64,000 nt of DNA from a bacterium (GCA_963592135.1 CAVAVP010000031.1:5398-69397); one strand, 5' to 3'. Counted from the stretch's first letter, positions 48,443-59,273 are shown. A program made the numbers and translations. The notes: generated from the letters alone by a model not told the origin.

Positions 48443-48469
48443 GCCTATCTTAAAAAAGATAGGCTTTTT
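48443..48469 (+). terminator. Terminator after rbr
   Basis: GCCTATCTT-aaaa-AAGATAGGC plus TTTTT. Confidence 0.7.
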
Positions 48470-48553
48470 CTTTATTAAAAATATTGAAAAAGCATTGCTA
48501 TTTTGATATAGTTAAATAGTTATTTTTTATATTGATTAATTAAAGGAGCACGT

Positions 48554-50029
48554 ATGTATAAAATTGGTTTTGATAGTGACAAATATCTAAAGATGCAATC
48601 GGAAAAAATTCAAGAAAGAATTAATAAGTTTGGTGGAAAACTATACATAGAGTTTGGTGGTAAATTATTTGATGATTTTCACGCCTCGCGAGTGCTACCT
48701 GGGTTTGCTCCAGATAACAAAATAAAAATGTTGTCTAAATTAAAAGAAGATGCTGAAATAGTTATTGCAGTTAGTGCTATTGATATAGCTAAAAATAAGA
48801 TTAGAGCCGACTATGGTATAACATATGAAGAAGATGTTATAAGACTTGCTAAAATATTTAAGTCGTACGGCTTATATGTGGGTTCAATTGTAATTACAAA
48901 ATTCACAGAAGATAACGAACAAGCAAAGACATATCAAACAAAATTAGAAAAATTAGGTTTTAAAGTATATAGACATTATCCAATAAAAGGATATCCAACA
49001 AATACCTCATTTATTGTATCTGATGAAGGTTATGGCAAGAATGATTATATTGAAACTACAAGAAAACTTGTAATAGTTACAGCGCCAGGTCCTGGTTCTG
49101 GTAAAATGGCTACTTGCCTATCTCAGCTTTATCATGAAAATAAGAGAGGTAATAAAGTTGGTTATGCAAAATATGAAACATTCCCAATTTGGAATTTACC
49201 ATTAAATCATGAAGTAAATATCGCTTATGAGGCAGCGACAGCAGATTTGAATGATGTTAACATGATAGATCCATGGCATTTAGCGGCATATGGTGAAACA
49301 ACAGTTAACTATAATAGAGATGTTGAAATATTCCCGGTGCTTAATGCTATGTTTGAAAAGATACTGGGCGAATCTCCATATAAGTCACCAACAGATATGG
49401 GTGTAAATATGGCAGGTTTTGGAATTTGTGATGATGCAGTATGCAGGGAAGCTTCAGCTCAGGAAGTTGTAAGAAGATACTATAAGGCTTTAGAGAATGA
49501 AAGAAGAAATAATTTAGAGCCAAATGAATCTGAAAAAATTTTATTAATAATGAATAAAGCTGGAATATCTCCAGAAATTAGAAAAACAATAAAGATTGCA
49601 AATGATTATTCAAGCGAATTAAACTGCCCATGTGCTGCACTTGAACTTCCTGACGGAACTATAATAAAAGGCAAGACCTCGGATGTTTTTGGGTGCTCAG
49701 CTGGTTTAGTTTTAAATGCTTTAAAACATTTAGCAGGAATTGATCAAGAAATAGATGTTTTATCTAGAAGAAGTTTAACTCCAATTCAATCATTAAAAAA
49801 GAACTATTTAGGAAGCAAAAATCCAAGACTTCATATAGATGAGATGTTAATTGCTTTATCTACATCTGCTTCAACAAACGAAAAAGCAGCAAAAGTTTTG
49901 GAACAAATTCCTAATTTAAAAAACAGCGAAGTTCACACATCAGTTTTGCTTGCTAGAAATGATGAAAAAGTATTTAGAAAATTAGGCATCAATTTAACCA
50001 GTGAACCTGTTTTTGAAAATAAAATATAA
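48554..50029 (+). CDS. DUF1846 / UPF0371 family protein (function unknown)
   Basis: 491 aa. N-terminal GFDSDKYLKMQSEKI..R....GGKLYIEFGGKLFDD.HASRVLPGF is as I recall for UPF0371. Confidence 0.6.
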   Translation: MYKIGFDSDKYLKMQSEKIQERINKFGGKLYIEFGGKLFDDFHASRVLPGFAPDNKIKMLSKLKEDAEIVIAVSAIDIAKNKIRADYGITYEEDVIRLAKIFKSYGLYVGSIVITKFTEDNEQAKTYQTKLEKLGFKVYRHYPIKGYPTNTSFIVSDEGYGKNDYIETTRKLVIVTAPGPGSGKMATCLSQLYHENKRGNKVGYAKYETFPIWNLPLNHEVNIAYEAATADLNDVNMIDPWHLAAYGETTVNYNRDVEIFPVLNAMFEKILGESPYKSPTDMGVNMAGFGICDDAVCREASAQEVVRRYYKALENERRNNLEPNESEKILLIMNKAGISPEIRKTIKIANDYSSELNCPCAALELPDGTIIKGKTSDVFGCSAGLVLNALKHLAGIDQEIDVLSRRSLTPIQSLKKNYLGSKNPRLHIDEMLIALSTSASTNEKAAKVLEQIPNLKNSEVHTSVLLARNDEKVFRKLGINLTSEPVFENKI

Positions 50030-50053
50030 ACATATAAATTGTTAAGTAAATTA

Positions 50054-50088
50054 GGGCTATTTCGTTTAAGGAATAGCCTATTTATTTT
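50054..50088 (+). terminator. Terminator after the DUF1846 gene
   Basis: GGGCTATT / AATAGCCT hairpin plus a T-rich tail. Confidence 0.5.
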
Positions 50089-50154
50089 CTTTTAATATTT
50101 TTAATATTATGGTATAATCAACAATAATATAAATAAACAAAAAAGGGATTAATT

Positions 50155-51693
50155 ATGAGTGATGGATTAAAACTAAATTACAAAAGAACTTTAAAAGTTG
50201 GTTTTGCATTTATGGGCATAATGCTGTTTTGGGAAGTATATGACTATATAATGCCACTTATTTTAGCAAATTATTTTGGATTATCTGCTGCCGAATATGG
50301 AATTATTATGGGACTAGATAATCTTTTAGCAATATTTTTATTACCATTCTTTGGTTCATTAAGTGACAAAGCAGTTAAGGCTAAAATGGGTAGACGAACA
50401 CATTTTATTTTTTGGGGTTCAATAGCAGCAGCCGTGTCAGTTGTGTTTTTGATGATATCAGAATTTTTGCAATATGAAAAAATTATGGGTACAGCAGTTG
50501 CAAGTTTACAAGATTTAGATGCAAAAGCTAATGCACTTGAAATTCAAGATATTGTAAATAATTTAATATCAAATGGCTATGTAAATAGTAGTTGGGCAAC
50601 AACTTGGATGGTAGGAGATGTAACTTCTAATATAACAACTATTCAAACCGAGGCGGCTCGTTCTGTTATGGCAGCAAATCCTATATATCTAGTTTTATTT
50701 ATAATTGCTCTTTTATGCGTGTTGGTTTCTATGGCATCATATAGATCTCCAGCTATTGCTTTAATGCCAGATGTAACGCCAAAACCATTAAGATCGCAAG
50801 CGAATGCTTTGATTACCTTAATGGGTGGTGTAGGTGGAGCGTTATCTATTTTGGTTTATATGATATTTGGTTCTAAAAAATATGAAACACACTTTGCTTT
50901 ATGGGGAGTAACTGCAGGATTATTGCTAGTTGTACTTGTCTTATATATGTTCCTTGTCAAGGAAAAGCAATTTGTTCAAGATAGATTAGATGAAGAAGAA
51001 AAGTATGGTGTAGTAGATGAGGAAGAGGAAGAGTCAAAACATGGACAAACAAAACTTCCAAAAGAAAAATTTGTTTCTTTAATCCTTATAATGGCAACAG
51101 TATTTTTATGGTTTATGGGATATAACTGTGTAAGATCTCATATGTCAGTGTATTGTACAAATTACTTACAAATACCACAAAAGGTTGTAACAATTGTTAA
51201 TTTAGCAAATGGTATTGGTGGTGCTGTAGCATTAATTCCGTGTGCATTTTTGGCTGGCAAGATTGGAAGAAGAAAAACAATATTTTTGGGATTGATACTC
51301 GCATCGTTAACTTATATTCCATGTTTCTTTATGACAGCTGCAACTCCAGGTGTTAGTATAATTTTCCCAATATGTTTTATTCTATCTGGATTTGGCATGG
51401 TATTTGTAAACGTAAATACACTTCCAATGGTTACAGAGTTATCAAAGGGAAGTAATGTTGGAAAATATACAGGATATTATTATGTTGCAACAATGACAGC
51501 TCAAGCTATAACTCCATTCGTAGCAGGGCTAATTATGGAAATTGATGGTTACAATACATATAAATATTTATTTGTGTACGCAATAAGTTTTGTTATATTG
51601 GCTATGATTACAGCAAGTCAAATCAAGTATGGTGATTCGAAAGCCGGAAAGATGAGCGCAGTTGAAATTATTAATCAAGCAGGGGAAGACTAA
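50155..51693 (+). CDS. MFS transporter (GPH/SLC45-like)
   Basis: 512 aa with about 12 TM segments, a large central hydrophilic loop with an acidic stretch, and G..SD+..+.GRR after TM2. Confidence 0.65.
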   Translation: MSDGLKLNYKRTLKVGFAFMGIMLFWEVYDYIMPLILANYFGLSAAEYGIIMGLDNLLAIFLLPFFGSLSDKAVKAKMGRRTHFIFWGSIAAAVSVVFLMISEFLQYEKIMGTAVASLQDLDAKANALEIQDIVNNLISNGYVNSSWATTWMVGDVTSNITTIQTEAARSVMAANPIYLVLFIIALLCVLVSMASYRSPAIALMPDVTPKPLRSQANALITLMGGVGGALSILVYMIFGSKKYETHFALWGVTAGLLLVVLVLYMFLVKEKQFVQDRLDEEEKYGVVDEEEEESKHGQTKLPKEKFVSLILIMATVFLWFMGYNCVRSHMSVYCTNYLQIPQKVVTIVNLANGIGGAVALIPCAFLAGKIGRRKTIFLGLILASLTYIPCFFMTAATPGVSIIFPICFILSGFGMVFVNVNTLPMVTELSKGSNVGKYTGYYYVATMTAQAITPFVAGLIMEIDGYNTYKYLFVYAISFVILAMITASQIKYGDSKAGKMSAVEIINQAGED

Positions 51694-51694
51694 G

Positions 51695-53164
51695 ATGGCA
51701 AATTCTAAAAAGAAAAAGAGTGAAAAAAATATAGAAGACAAAGTTCAAGATTCTATAAAGAAAAACGTAAAAAAAAGTGCTAAAAAAACAGTAAAAAAAG
51801 CAGCTAAAGGTAATAAACAAGCAATAGTTGCTATAGTTGCTGTAGTAATTGTTATAGTTGTTGCAGCCGTTGCTTTATATTTTATTAATCCAGATATTTA
51901 TAAAGAAATATTCTCTTTAATGGCTGGAAGTGGTGAAATAGAACAAGATACAACAATTACAACAAATGATGGTACATCGATTAAGCCAAGTGAACCAAAA
52001 AGCGATGGAACAAGAACTGCAAATGCTGGAATTACAACATACACAGTAAACTCAGGCGATCTTGCTATGTATATGTTAGATGTAGGCCAGGGAGATTGTA
52101 TATATATTGAATTCCCAGATGGTAAAGATATGATTATAGATTCGGGTAATGCAGGGGGTAAGAATTTTTCATCTTATAATGGTGGAGAAGCATATGCTAA
52201 TTTAGAAACGCTGGTTTCTGATGATACAATAGATTATCTAATGGTAACTCATACCGATCAAGACCATATTTCGTTTATGGATGACGTTATTAACAATTAC
52301 CAAATTAATCATATTTATATGCCAAATGTATTATCTGAACATAAAAATACAACTGCAGCAAGTTTAGATGTGAGTAAACTTTCGTTATTTACAGACGAGG
52401 ACACAATTACGACTGAAGTTTATTCTGCATTTTTTATTGCTGCTTTAACTGAGCCAAGTTGTGATATTAAATTAAATATAGGCAACTTCACAATATCCGG
52501 AAGCGGTTGGAGTATAGATTTCTTCTGTTTTACCTCTGAAGAATGGACCGAAAATACATTAAAAGATGCTCATGAAAAGAATGCAGTTTCTCCAGTTGGA
52601 ATACTTTCTTGTAATGGAAGAAAAATAGTTTTAACAGGGGATTCAAATGAAGAAAACGAACCAGGTGCATTAAAGAAGATTAAAGCTTTTTATGGGGTAG
52701 ACAAACTAGATTGTGATGTGTTAAAGGTAGGACATCATGGATCAGAGACATCCTCAATGACAGAATTTTTGGATTTCTTTAGTTGTGAGTATGCTATGAT
52801 TGGTTGTAATGCTGATGGAAACACTTTTGAACATCCAAGATATAACACGCTTGTTAGACTTGCTAGAAGAAATATGAATCTTTATAGAACAGATTTAAAT
52901 GGATGTATGTTACTAATTATAAGCAGCGATGGTGCTATTTCGTTTAAGACAGAATATAGTGTAGACAATGAAACGTTATGGAGTGGACTTTGTCAAAAAA
53001 TTAATGAAACCGGCACTAAACAAGAAACGGATGATTACATTATCTATAATGGTGAATATGCAAAAGATGAAGAAAATAAAACTATTTATATAAAATTAGT
53101 TGCTACAGCAACAAGTAAGGAAATTTATTTAGATAAATTATCTTATAGTAAAGATTTTTCATAA
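51695..53164 (+). CDS. Membrane-anchored ComEC/Rec2-type metallo-beta-lactamase domain protein
   Basis: Lys-rich N-terminus plus one TM, then MLDVGQGDCIYIEFPDG..IIDSG, THTDQDH and VGHHGS motifs of the ComEC C-terminal MBL domain. Start at ATG 51695, 1 nt after the MFS stop. Confidence 0.65.
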   Translation: MANSKKKKSEKNIEDKVQDSIKKNVKKSAKKTVKKAAKGNKQAIVAIVAVVIVIVVAAVALYFINPDIYKEIFSLMAGSGEIEQDTTITTNDGTSIKPSEPKSDGTRTANAGITTYTVNSGDLAMYMLDVGQGDCIYIEFPDGKDMIIDSGNAGGKNFSSYNGGEAYANLETLVSDDTIDYLMVTHTDQDHISFMDDVINNYQINHIYMPNVLSEHKNTTAASLDVSKLSLFTDEDTITTEVYSAFFIAALTEPSCDIKLNIGNFTISGSGWSIDFFCFTSEEWTENTLKDAHEKNAVSPVGILSCNGRKIVLTGDSNEENEPGALKKIKAFYGVDKLDCDVLKVGHHGSETSSMTEFLDFFSCEYAMIGCNADGNTFEHPRYNTLVRLARRNMNLYRTDLNGCMLLIISSDGAISFKTEYSVDNETLWSGLCQKINETGTKQETDDYIIYNGEYAKDEENKTIYIKLVATATSKEIYLDKLSYSKDFS

Positions 53165-53172
53165 GGAGTATT

Positions 53173-54000
53173 ATGACGAGTTTTGATATAGAATTAGTAG
53201 GTAAAATAGGGTCTATGGCTCTTATAGATAAGAAAAATGGGCAAATGGACTATAACACCATTGCTAGAATTTCTAGAGAGTTAAAACCTGGCTATGTATG
53301 GGTTACATCTGGAGCTACCGAAATAGGAAGATTGGATTATATAAAAAGAAATGGATGTGAACTTACTGGAGATAGTCAAGCATGTAAAACAGATTATTCC
53401 GCTCAAGGTCAAACGATTTTAATGGACACATATAGACAATTTATAGATGCTAGATATTCTGTAAGACAAATACTAGTTGAAAATCAACATTTTAACGATA
53501 ACGAAAAGAAGGAATATTTAAAATCTCTTTTACTTAGATGCCCAAAACAAAATGCAATACCAATTATTAACTATAACGATCCCTTGTCTCCCGAGGAAAT
53601 TGTAAAGGTTGAGATAGAGGCCTTATTAAAGAAAGGACAAAAAGCAGTACATTTAGCAGATAATGATGAAACTGCAGCACAAGTGGCTCAACTTTTAAAA
53701 TGTAAAAACTTACTTATATATACTTCCACAATTGGAATATATTCAAATCCAAAGGATGAAAGTTCATTGATAAAGGAAATTGTTGGGAAAGATTCATATG
53801 AGCTTTTAGAGGCTATTACAGAAGCTCAAAAAGCATGTAACGGAACTTCAAGAACAGGTTCTAATGGAGCGGGAGCAAAATTAGAATATATTAAAGGCCC
53901 TGCAGTAAATGGTACTAAAGTGTATATTGCAAGTCCTAAATATACAATAAAAGAAATTTTATCCGGTGATGCTCCTTGTACTAGAATACATATAAAATAA
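53173..54000 (+). CDS. Amino-acid-kinase family protein (glutamate-5-kinase-like, no PUA domain)
   Basis: VGKIGSMALID...VWVTSGATEIG resembles the ProB N-terminal motifs. There is no proA nearby. Confidence 0.45.
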   Translation: MTSFDIELVGKIGSMALIDKKNGQMDYNTIARISRELKPGYVWVTSGATEIGRLDYIKRNGCELTGDSQACKTDYSAQGQTILMDTYRQFIDARYSVRQILVENQHFNDNEKKEYLKSLLLRCPKQNAIPIINYNDPLSPEEIVKVEIEALLKKGQKAVHLADNDETAAQVAQLLKCKNLLIYTSTIGIYSNPKDESSLIKEIVGKDSYELLEAITEAQKACNGTSRTGSNGAGAKLEYIKGPAVNGTKVYIASPKYTIKEILSGDAPCTRIHIK

Positions 54001-54020
54001 AAAATTTGTATTATAAAAAT

Positions 54021-54056
54021 GAGGTAGTTTTAAATAAAACCACCTCAATTTTTTTA
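54021..54056. terminator. Bidirectional terminator
   Basis: GAGGTAGTTTT / AAAACCACCTC hairpin (1 mismatch) plus AATTTTTTT. Confidence 0.6.
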
Positions 54057-54069
54057 GAAAGAAATTTTA

Positions 54070-54537
54070 TTATTCGCTAATTTCCACTTTGTTTCCATTC
54101 CAAGAATAAGAAATTGTAGACACATTATATGAAGCAATATTTGTTCTATCAAATTCGCTTGAATGAATTACTATATATACTTCATTTTTGTTTGCATTAA
54201 ACATTTTTTCTAAATCTAAAGTGATTTCAAATGAATAATTAGAATTAACTTGTAATTCTTCTTTTGTAACTTTTAATAATGTGTTTTCGGTATATGAATT
54301 ACTTGTATATGGATAATCATAAGTGTATGTAATTATGTAATAATCTTTTAGACTTGAAGTATCATTATAAGTAATAGTGCCTTTTAATGTGTCATTGCTA
54401 GATAAAGTGCTATTTCTAGTGTATTTTACAGTAACTGTATCGACATAAGATGTAATTTCAACTTTTGAACTACAGGAAACTAAAAATAAAGATAATAGAA
54501 GGACTAGTAGTAGCGGCAATAATTTAAATTTTTTCAT
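54070..54537 (-). CDS. Small lipoprotein of unknown function
   Basis: Signal peptide MKKFKLLPLLLVLLLSLFLVS-C (lipobox LVSC). The mature part is Ser/Thr/Tyr-rich and beta-rich. Confidence 0.6.
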   Translation of the reverse strand: MKKFKLLPLLLVLLLSLFLVSCSSKVEITSYVDTVTVKYTRNSTLSSNDTLKGTITYNDTSSLKDYYIITYTYDYPYTSNSYTENTLLKVTKEELQVNSNYSFEITLDLEKMFNANKNEVYIVIHSSEFDRTNIASYNVSTISYSWNGNKVEISE

Positions 54538-54630
54538 TGGTTTTTCTCCTTTTTTTATGTTTTAACTATATCATTTAATAAATAAAATTAAAAGAACATA
54601 ATAAAAAATTAGCAGAGAATATTTGTTCTA

Positions 54631-54668
54631 ACATAAAAAGTGGAACTTATAAGTTATATAAGTTCCAC
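54631..54668 (-). terminator. Terminator after the PFOR gene
   Basis: GTGGAACTTATA-agtta-TATAAGTTCCAC, followed on the minus strand by TTTTTAT. Confidence 0.7.
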
Positions 54669-54691
54669 TTTGATTTGTGTTTTAATAAGGA

Positions 54692-57600
54692 TTATTGTTT
54701 GTTAGATTCTTCTTGTAAAACTTTATATCCTTCTCTTCTTGCTTTAGCTTGAGATTCGTTTAGTTCAAATAGTTTTGCAGCAACTTCTGGTTTTTCTTTA
54801 GCAAGTCTTGCATATCTATTTTCGCCCATTAGGAATTCTTTATATTCAATTGTAGGATCTTTAGAATCTAGAGTAAACTTTCCATCAACTGGGTTGTATC
54901 TATAAAGTTGCCAATAACCTGTATCAACAGCTTTCTTTTCTTCTAGTTGCGAAGCACCCATATCTTTTAGGCCATGGTTGATACATGGAGCATAAGCAAT
55001 AATTAATGATGGACCATCATAAGCTTCAGCTTCCTTAATCGCTTTTAAGAATTGAGCAGGAGATGAACCCATAGAAACTTGAGCTACATATACGTATCCG
55101 TAAGACATAGCAATCTTTCCTAAGTCTTTTTTCTTTGTTAACTTACCGCCAGCAGCAAATTTTGCGATAGCACCTGTTGGGGAGGATTTAGAAGCTTGAC
55201 CACCTGTATTAGAGTAAACTTCGGTATCAAGAACAAGAACGTTTACATTCTTATTCATAGCAAGAACGTGATCAAGACCACCAAAGCCAATATCATAAGC
55301 CCAGCCGTCACCACCGAATATCCACATAGACTTTTTAGCTAAACAATCTGTGTTTTTATTGATTCTCTCTAGTGATTCTTTATTAGCAGCACTTGCGTTC
55401 TTTACAGCATCAGCAATAATTGCCTTTACAGCATCAGAAACTTCAACTGTCTTATTAGAATCGTCTTTATTTGCAATCCAGTTTTCAAATGCGGCCTTTG
55501 TATTGTCATCAATACCATTTTTAATTGCTGCTTCCATGTCTTCTTCTAGTTTTGCTCTACGTTGTTCAACCGCAACAGCCATACCATAACCAAACTCTGC
55601 ATTATCTTCAAATAGAGAGTTAGCCCAAGCTGGACCTTGTCCTTTTTCGTTTGTTGTATATGGACAAGTTGGAGCTGAACCACCATAAATTGATGAACAA
55701 CCTGTTGCGTTAGCAATTATCATTCTATCACCAAACATTTGTGTAACAACTTTAACGTATGGAGTTTCGCCACAACCTGCACAAGCACCCGAGAACTCAA
55801 ATAATGGTTGACGGAATTGTGAACCCTTTACATCATCTTTTGAGATAGGAGCATCTGTTTCTGGAAGTTCAATTGCGTAATCCCAGTTTTCTACTTCGCC
55901 ATTCTCAATAGCCTTAGATAAAGGAATCATCTTTAATGCGTAGTTAACTGCAGGTATTTCTTGACCAGCAGCTTTTGCAGCAGCAACTTTCTTGTCAGCA
56001 GCTTGATTTACTGGACAAACTTTTGCACAAGAACCGCAACCTAAACAATCTAGTGCTGAAACTTGCATTCTGTATTTATAACCCTTAGCTGCGCCAACTT
56101 TTACATCTGCTGTAGCAAATGTGTTTGGAGCATCGTCAAATTCTTTTTGCATAAAAGGTCTGATCGTTGCATGAGGACATACAAATGCACAAGTATTACA
56201 TTGGATACAAGCATCTGGATTCCATGTTGGAACTTTTTCTGAAACACCACGTTTTTCAAATTTTGTTGTTCCTGTAGGTACAGTACCATCGGGGTTTGCA
56301 ATAAATGCAGAAACTGGAAGTTTGTCACCTTCTTGAGCAAGCATTGGAGCAATGACATCAGTGAAGTATTTATCATTACTTACAGGTTTTACAACTGCGC
56401 CGTCTGTTGTTGTAGCCCAGGATTCTGGATACTTAATTTCAGTTAGATTAGCTATAGCATTATCAATAGCAGCATTATTCATATCTACAACTGCTTGGCC
56501 TTTTTTCGCGAAAGATTTAACAACGAAATCTTTCATATGATGATCAGCTTCTTCATATGGCATGATATTTGCAAGTTTAAAGAAACATGCTTGCATTGTT
56601 GTAGAAATACGACCCTTAAGACCAATTGCATCAACAACTTTGAAAGCATCAATGTTATAGAACTTAGCTTTCTTTTGAGCAATGATATTTTTCATCTTTG
56701 CAGGAAGTTGTTTTTCCATTTCTTCTAATGTCCAAGAAGAGTTTAGAAGGAAAGTAGCTCCTGGCTTTAATGCAGAAACCATATCATATTTCAATACATA
56801 TGCTGGATTATGACAAGCAATGAAATCAGCTTGGTCAATTAAGTATGAAGACTTAATTGGGTTATCACCAAATCTTAAGTGGGAAATAGTAATACCACCT
56901 GACTTCTTTGAATCATATGCGAAATAAGCTTGCGCATATTTATTTGTGTAGTTACCAATAATCTTAATAGAGTTCTTGTTTGAACCTACTGTACCATCAG
57001 ATCCTAAACCATAGAAAATGCATGAGATGGATCCCTTTGGAGCAGCATCGATTTTTTCAGATAAATCTAATGAGTTTCCTGTAACATCATCAACAATGCC
57101 TACAGCAAAGTGATTCTTTGGTTGAGATGCATCCATATTCTTGTAAACAGCGTTTACACATGTAGGATTAAATTCTTTAGAACCTAAACCATATCTACCA
57201 CCAAGAACTTTAATATCTGTTCTTCCGTTTTCAACTAAAGATGTAACAACATCAAGATATAAAGGTTCACCAATTGAACCACATTCCTTAATTCTATCAA
57301 GTACAGTGATTTTCTTAACGGATGTTGGAATAGCAGCAGCTAATTTTTCACCAACAAATGGTCTAAATAATCTAACTTTTACTAAACCTAATTTTTGTCC
57401 TTTTGCGTTTAGATAATCAATAGTTTCTTCGATAGCTTCAGAACCTGAACCCATGATAACAATAACTTTGTCAGCATCTGGGGCACCATAGTATTGATAT
57501 AACTTATAATCTCTACCTGTAATTACCTTAACATCTTCCATGGCTTCTTCAACGGCAGCAGGAACAGACTTATAAATTACATTACAAGCTTCTCTTTGTG

Positions 57601-58285
57601 TGAAGTAAACATCAGGGTTTTGAGCAGTACCTTTTTGAACTGGGTGTTCTGGATTTAGAGCACGCTTTTTAAATTCATCTACATACTTTGAGTACTTAGT
57701 ATCAAAAATTGGTTGAATTTCAGAATATTCAATACCATCAATTTTTGAAACTTCATGAGAAGTTCTAAATCCATCAAAGAAGTGTAGGAATGGTACAGAA
57801 GACTTTAATGTTGCAAAGTGCGCAACTAAAGCTAAGTCCATTGCCTCTTGTACAGAGTTAGAGCAAAGCATAGCAAATCCTGTTTGACGACATGCCATAA
57901 CATCTGAATGATCACCAAAAATGTTTAATGCATGATATGCAAGTGCACGAGCACTTACATGGAAAACTGTTGGCAATAATTCGCCGGCAATTTTGTACAT
58001 GTTAGGAATCATAAGAAGTAAGCCTTGGCTTGCTGTAAATGTTGTTGTTAAAGCACCAGCTTGCAAAGATCCGTGGACAGCACCAGCTGCGCCACCTTCA
58101 GATTCCATTTCTGCAATTTTTAGGACTTGTCCAAATAAGTTTTTTCTTCCAGCAGTAGCCCATTCATCGCAATTTTCGGCCATTGGAGAGGAAGGAGTGA
58201 TTGGGTAAATACAAGCAACTTCATTAAATGCATAAGCAATATGAGAAGCGGCAGTATTACCATCGATTGTCATTTTGACGCTCAT
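54692..58285 (-). CDS. nifJ: Pyruvate:ferredoxin (flavodoxin) oxidoreductase, single-chain
   Basis: 1197 aa. MTIDGNTAASHIAYA, 2x[4Fe-4S] CIQCNTCAFVCPH / CLGCGSCAKVCP, and the TPP motif GGDGWAYDIG. Confidence 0.9.
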   Translation of the reverse strand: MSVKMTIDGNTAASHIAYAFNEVACIYPITPSSPMAENCDEWATAGRKNLFGQVLKIAEMESEGGAAGAVHGSLQAGALTTTFTASQGLLLMIPNMYKIAGELLPTVFHVSARALAYHALNIFGDHSDVMACRQTGFAMLCSNSVQEAMDLALVAHFATLKSSVPFLHFFDGFRTSHEVSKIDGIEYSEIQPIFDTKYSKYVDEFKKRALNPEHPVQKGTAQNPDVYFTQREACNVIYKSVPAAVEEAMEDVKVITGRDYKLYQYYGAPDADKVIVIMGSGSEAIEETIDYLNAKGQKLGLVKVRLFRPFVGEKLAAAIPTSVKKITVLDRIKECGSIGEPLYLDVVTSLVENGRTDIKVLGGRYGLGSKEFNPTCVNAVYKNMDASQPKNHFAVGIVDDVTGNSLDLSEKIDAAPKGSISCIFYGLGSDGTVGSNKNSIKIIGNYTNKYAQAYFAYDSKKSGGITISHLRFGDNPIKSSYLIDQADFIACHNPAYVLKYDMVSALKPGATFLLNSSWTLEEMEKQLPAKMKNIIAQKKAKFYNIDAFKVVDAIGLKGRISTTMQACFFKLANIMPYEEADHHMKDFVVKSFAKKGQAVVDMNNAAIDNAIANLTEIKYPESWATTTDGAVVKPVSNDKYFTDVIAPMLAQEGDKLPVSAFIANPDGTVPTGTTKFEKRGVSEKVPTWNPDACIQCNTCAFVCPHATIRPFMQKEFDDAPNTFATADVKVGAAKGYKYRMQVSALDCLGCGSCAKVCPVNQAADKKVAAAKAAGQEIPAVNYALKMIPLSKAIENGEVENWDYAIELPETDAPISKDDVKGSQFRQPLFEFSGACAGCGETPYVKVVTQMFGDRMIIANATGCSSIYGGSAPTCPYTTNEKGQGPAWANSLFEDNAEFGYGMAVAVEQRRAKLEEDMEAAIKNGIDDNTKAAFENWIANKDDSNKTVEVSDAVKAIIADAVKNASAANKESLERINKNTDCLAKKSMWIFGGDGWAYDIGFGGLDHVLAMNKNVNVLVLDTEVYSNTGGQASKSSPTGAIAKFAAGGKLTKKKDLGKIAMSYGYVYVAQVSMGSSPAQFLKAIKEAEAYDGPSLIIAYAPCINHGLKDMGASQLEEKKAVDTGYWQLYRYNPVDGKFTLDSKDPTIEYKEFLMGENRYARLAKEKPEVAAKLFELNESQAKARREGYKVLQEESNKQ

Positions 58286-58439
58286 TTAATTACCTCCATA
58301 ATGATATAATTTAATTTTTTCACCTTTATAATTATATTAAATTATAAGAATACAAGTCAATGTTTAATTTTTTTGTCAATTCTTTTTTCTTTATTAAATA
58401 AAGAATGTATGGTATAATTTCCTTGTTTTTGAGGTGTAA

Positions 58440-59273
58440 GTGAACGCAATAGAATTAAAAAATGTTCAATTTTCATATGTGTTAAGTGAAAATGAGATAG
58501 TAAGAGCAGTAAGAAATGTTTCTCTTGATATAGAGGAGGGCTCATTTGTTGCTATTGTTGGGCATAACGGTTCTGGTAAATCTACGCTTGCAAAACTTTT
58601 AAATGGTTTACTAATTCCAGATAAAGGAACAGTTTCAGTTTTTGGTATAGATACCTCAAATAAGAAAACAATATATGATGTTAGAAAGTCTGTTGGAATG
58701 GTGTTTCAAAATCCTGATAACCAAATGGTAGCATCAATTATAGAAGATGATATTGCTTTTGGTCCTGAAAATTTAGGAGTTCCTAGAGAAGAAATTGTTG
58801 AAAGAGTTGACTGGGCTTTAGATAAAGTAGGAATGAGCGAGCATAAAAAAGGAACTCCATTTAAATTATCTGGTGGTCAAAAACAAAGGATAGCAATTGC
58901 TGGAATTATAGCAATGAAACCAAAAGTTATAGTTTTTGATGAATCAACAGCAATGCTCGACCCTCAAGGCAGAGCAGAAATTATGAAAGTGGCTCATGAA
59001 CTAAATAAAGATGGGATGACTGTTGTATGTATTACACATTATATGGAAGAAGCGCTTGAGGCAGATAGAGTAATTGTTATGAATGATGGTAAAGTAGTCC
59101 TTGATGACACACCAAAAAATGTATTTTCTCAGTATAAAGAACTTGAAAGTTATAAGTTAACCGTTCCTATTTCTACAAAGATAGCAATTGAGCTTGATGA
59201 ATTGGGAATAAATGTAGGAAAAGATGTTATGAACAAAGAGGAGCTTGTAGATAGATTATGTCAATTGTTATAA
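58440..59273 (+). CDS. ecfA1: ECF transporter ATPase component 1
   Basis: GHNGSGKST, LSGGQKQR, VFDEST. GTG start with a GAGGTG RBS. Conserved ecfA-ecfA'-ecfT-truA-rplM context. Confidence 0.85.
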   Translation: MNAIELKNVQFSYVLSENEIVRAVRNVSLDIEEGSFVAIVGHNGSGKSTLAKLLNGLLIPDKGTVSVFGIDTSNKKTIYDVRKSVGMVFQNPDNQMVASIIEDDIAFGPENLGVPREEIVERVDWALDKVGMSEHKKGTPFKLSGGQKQRIAIAGIIAMKPKVIVFDESTAMLDPQGRAEIMKVAHELNKDGMTVVCITHYMEEALEADRVIVMNDGKVVLDDTPKNVFSQYKELESYKLTVPISTKIAIELDELGINVGKDVMNKEELVDRLCQLL

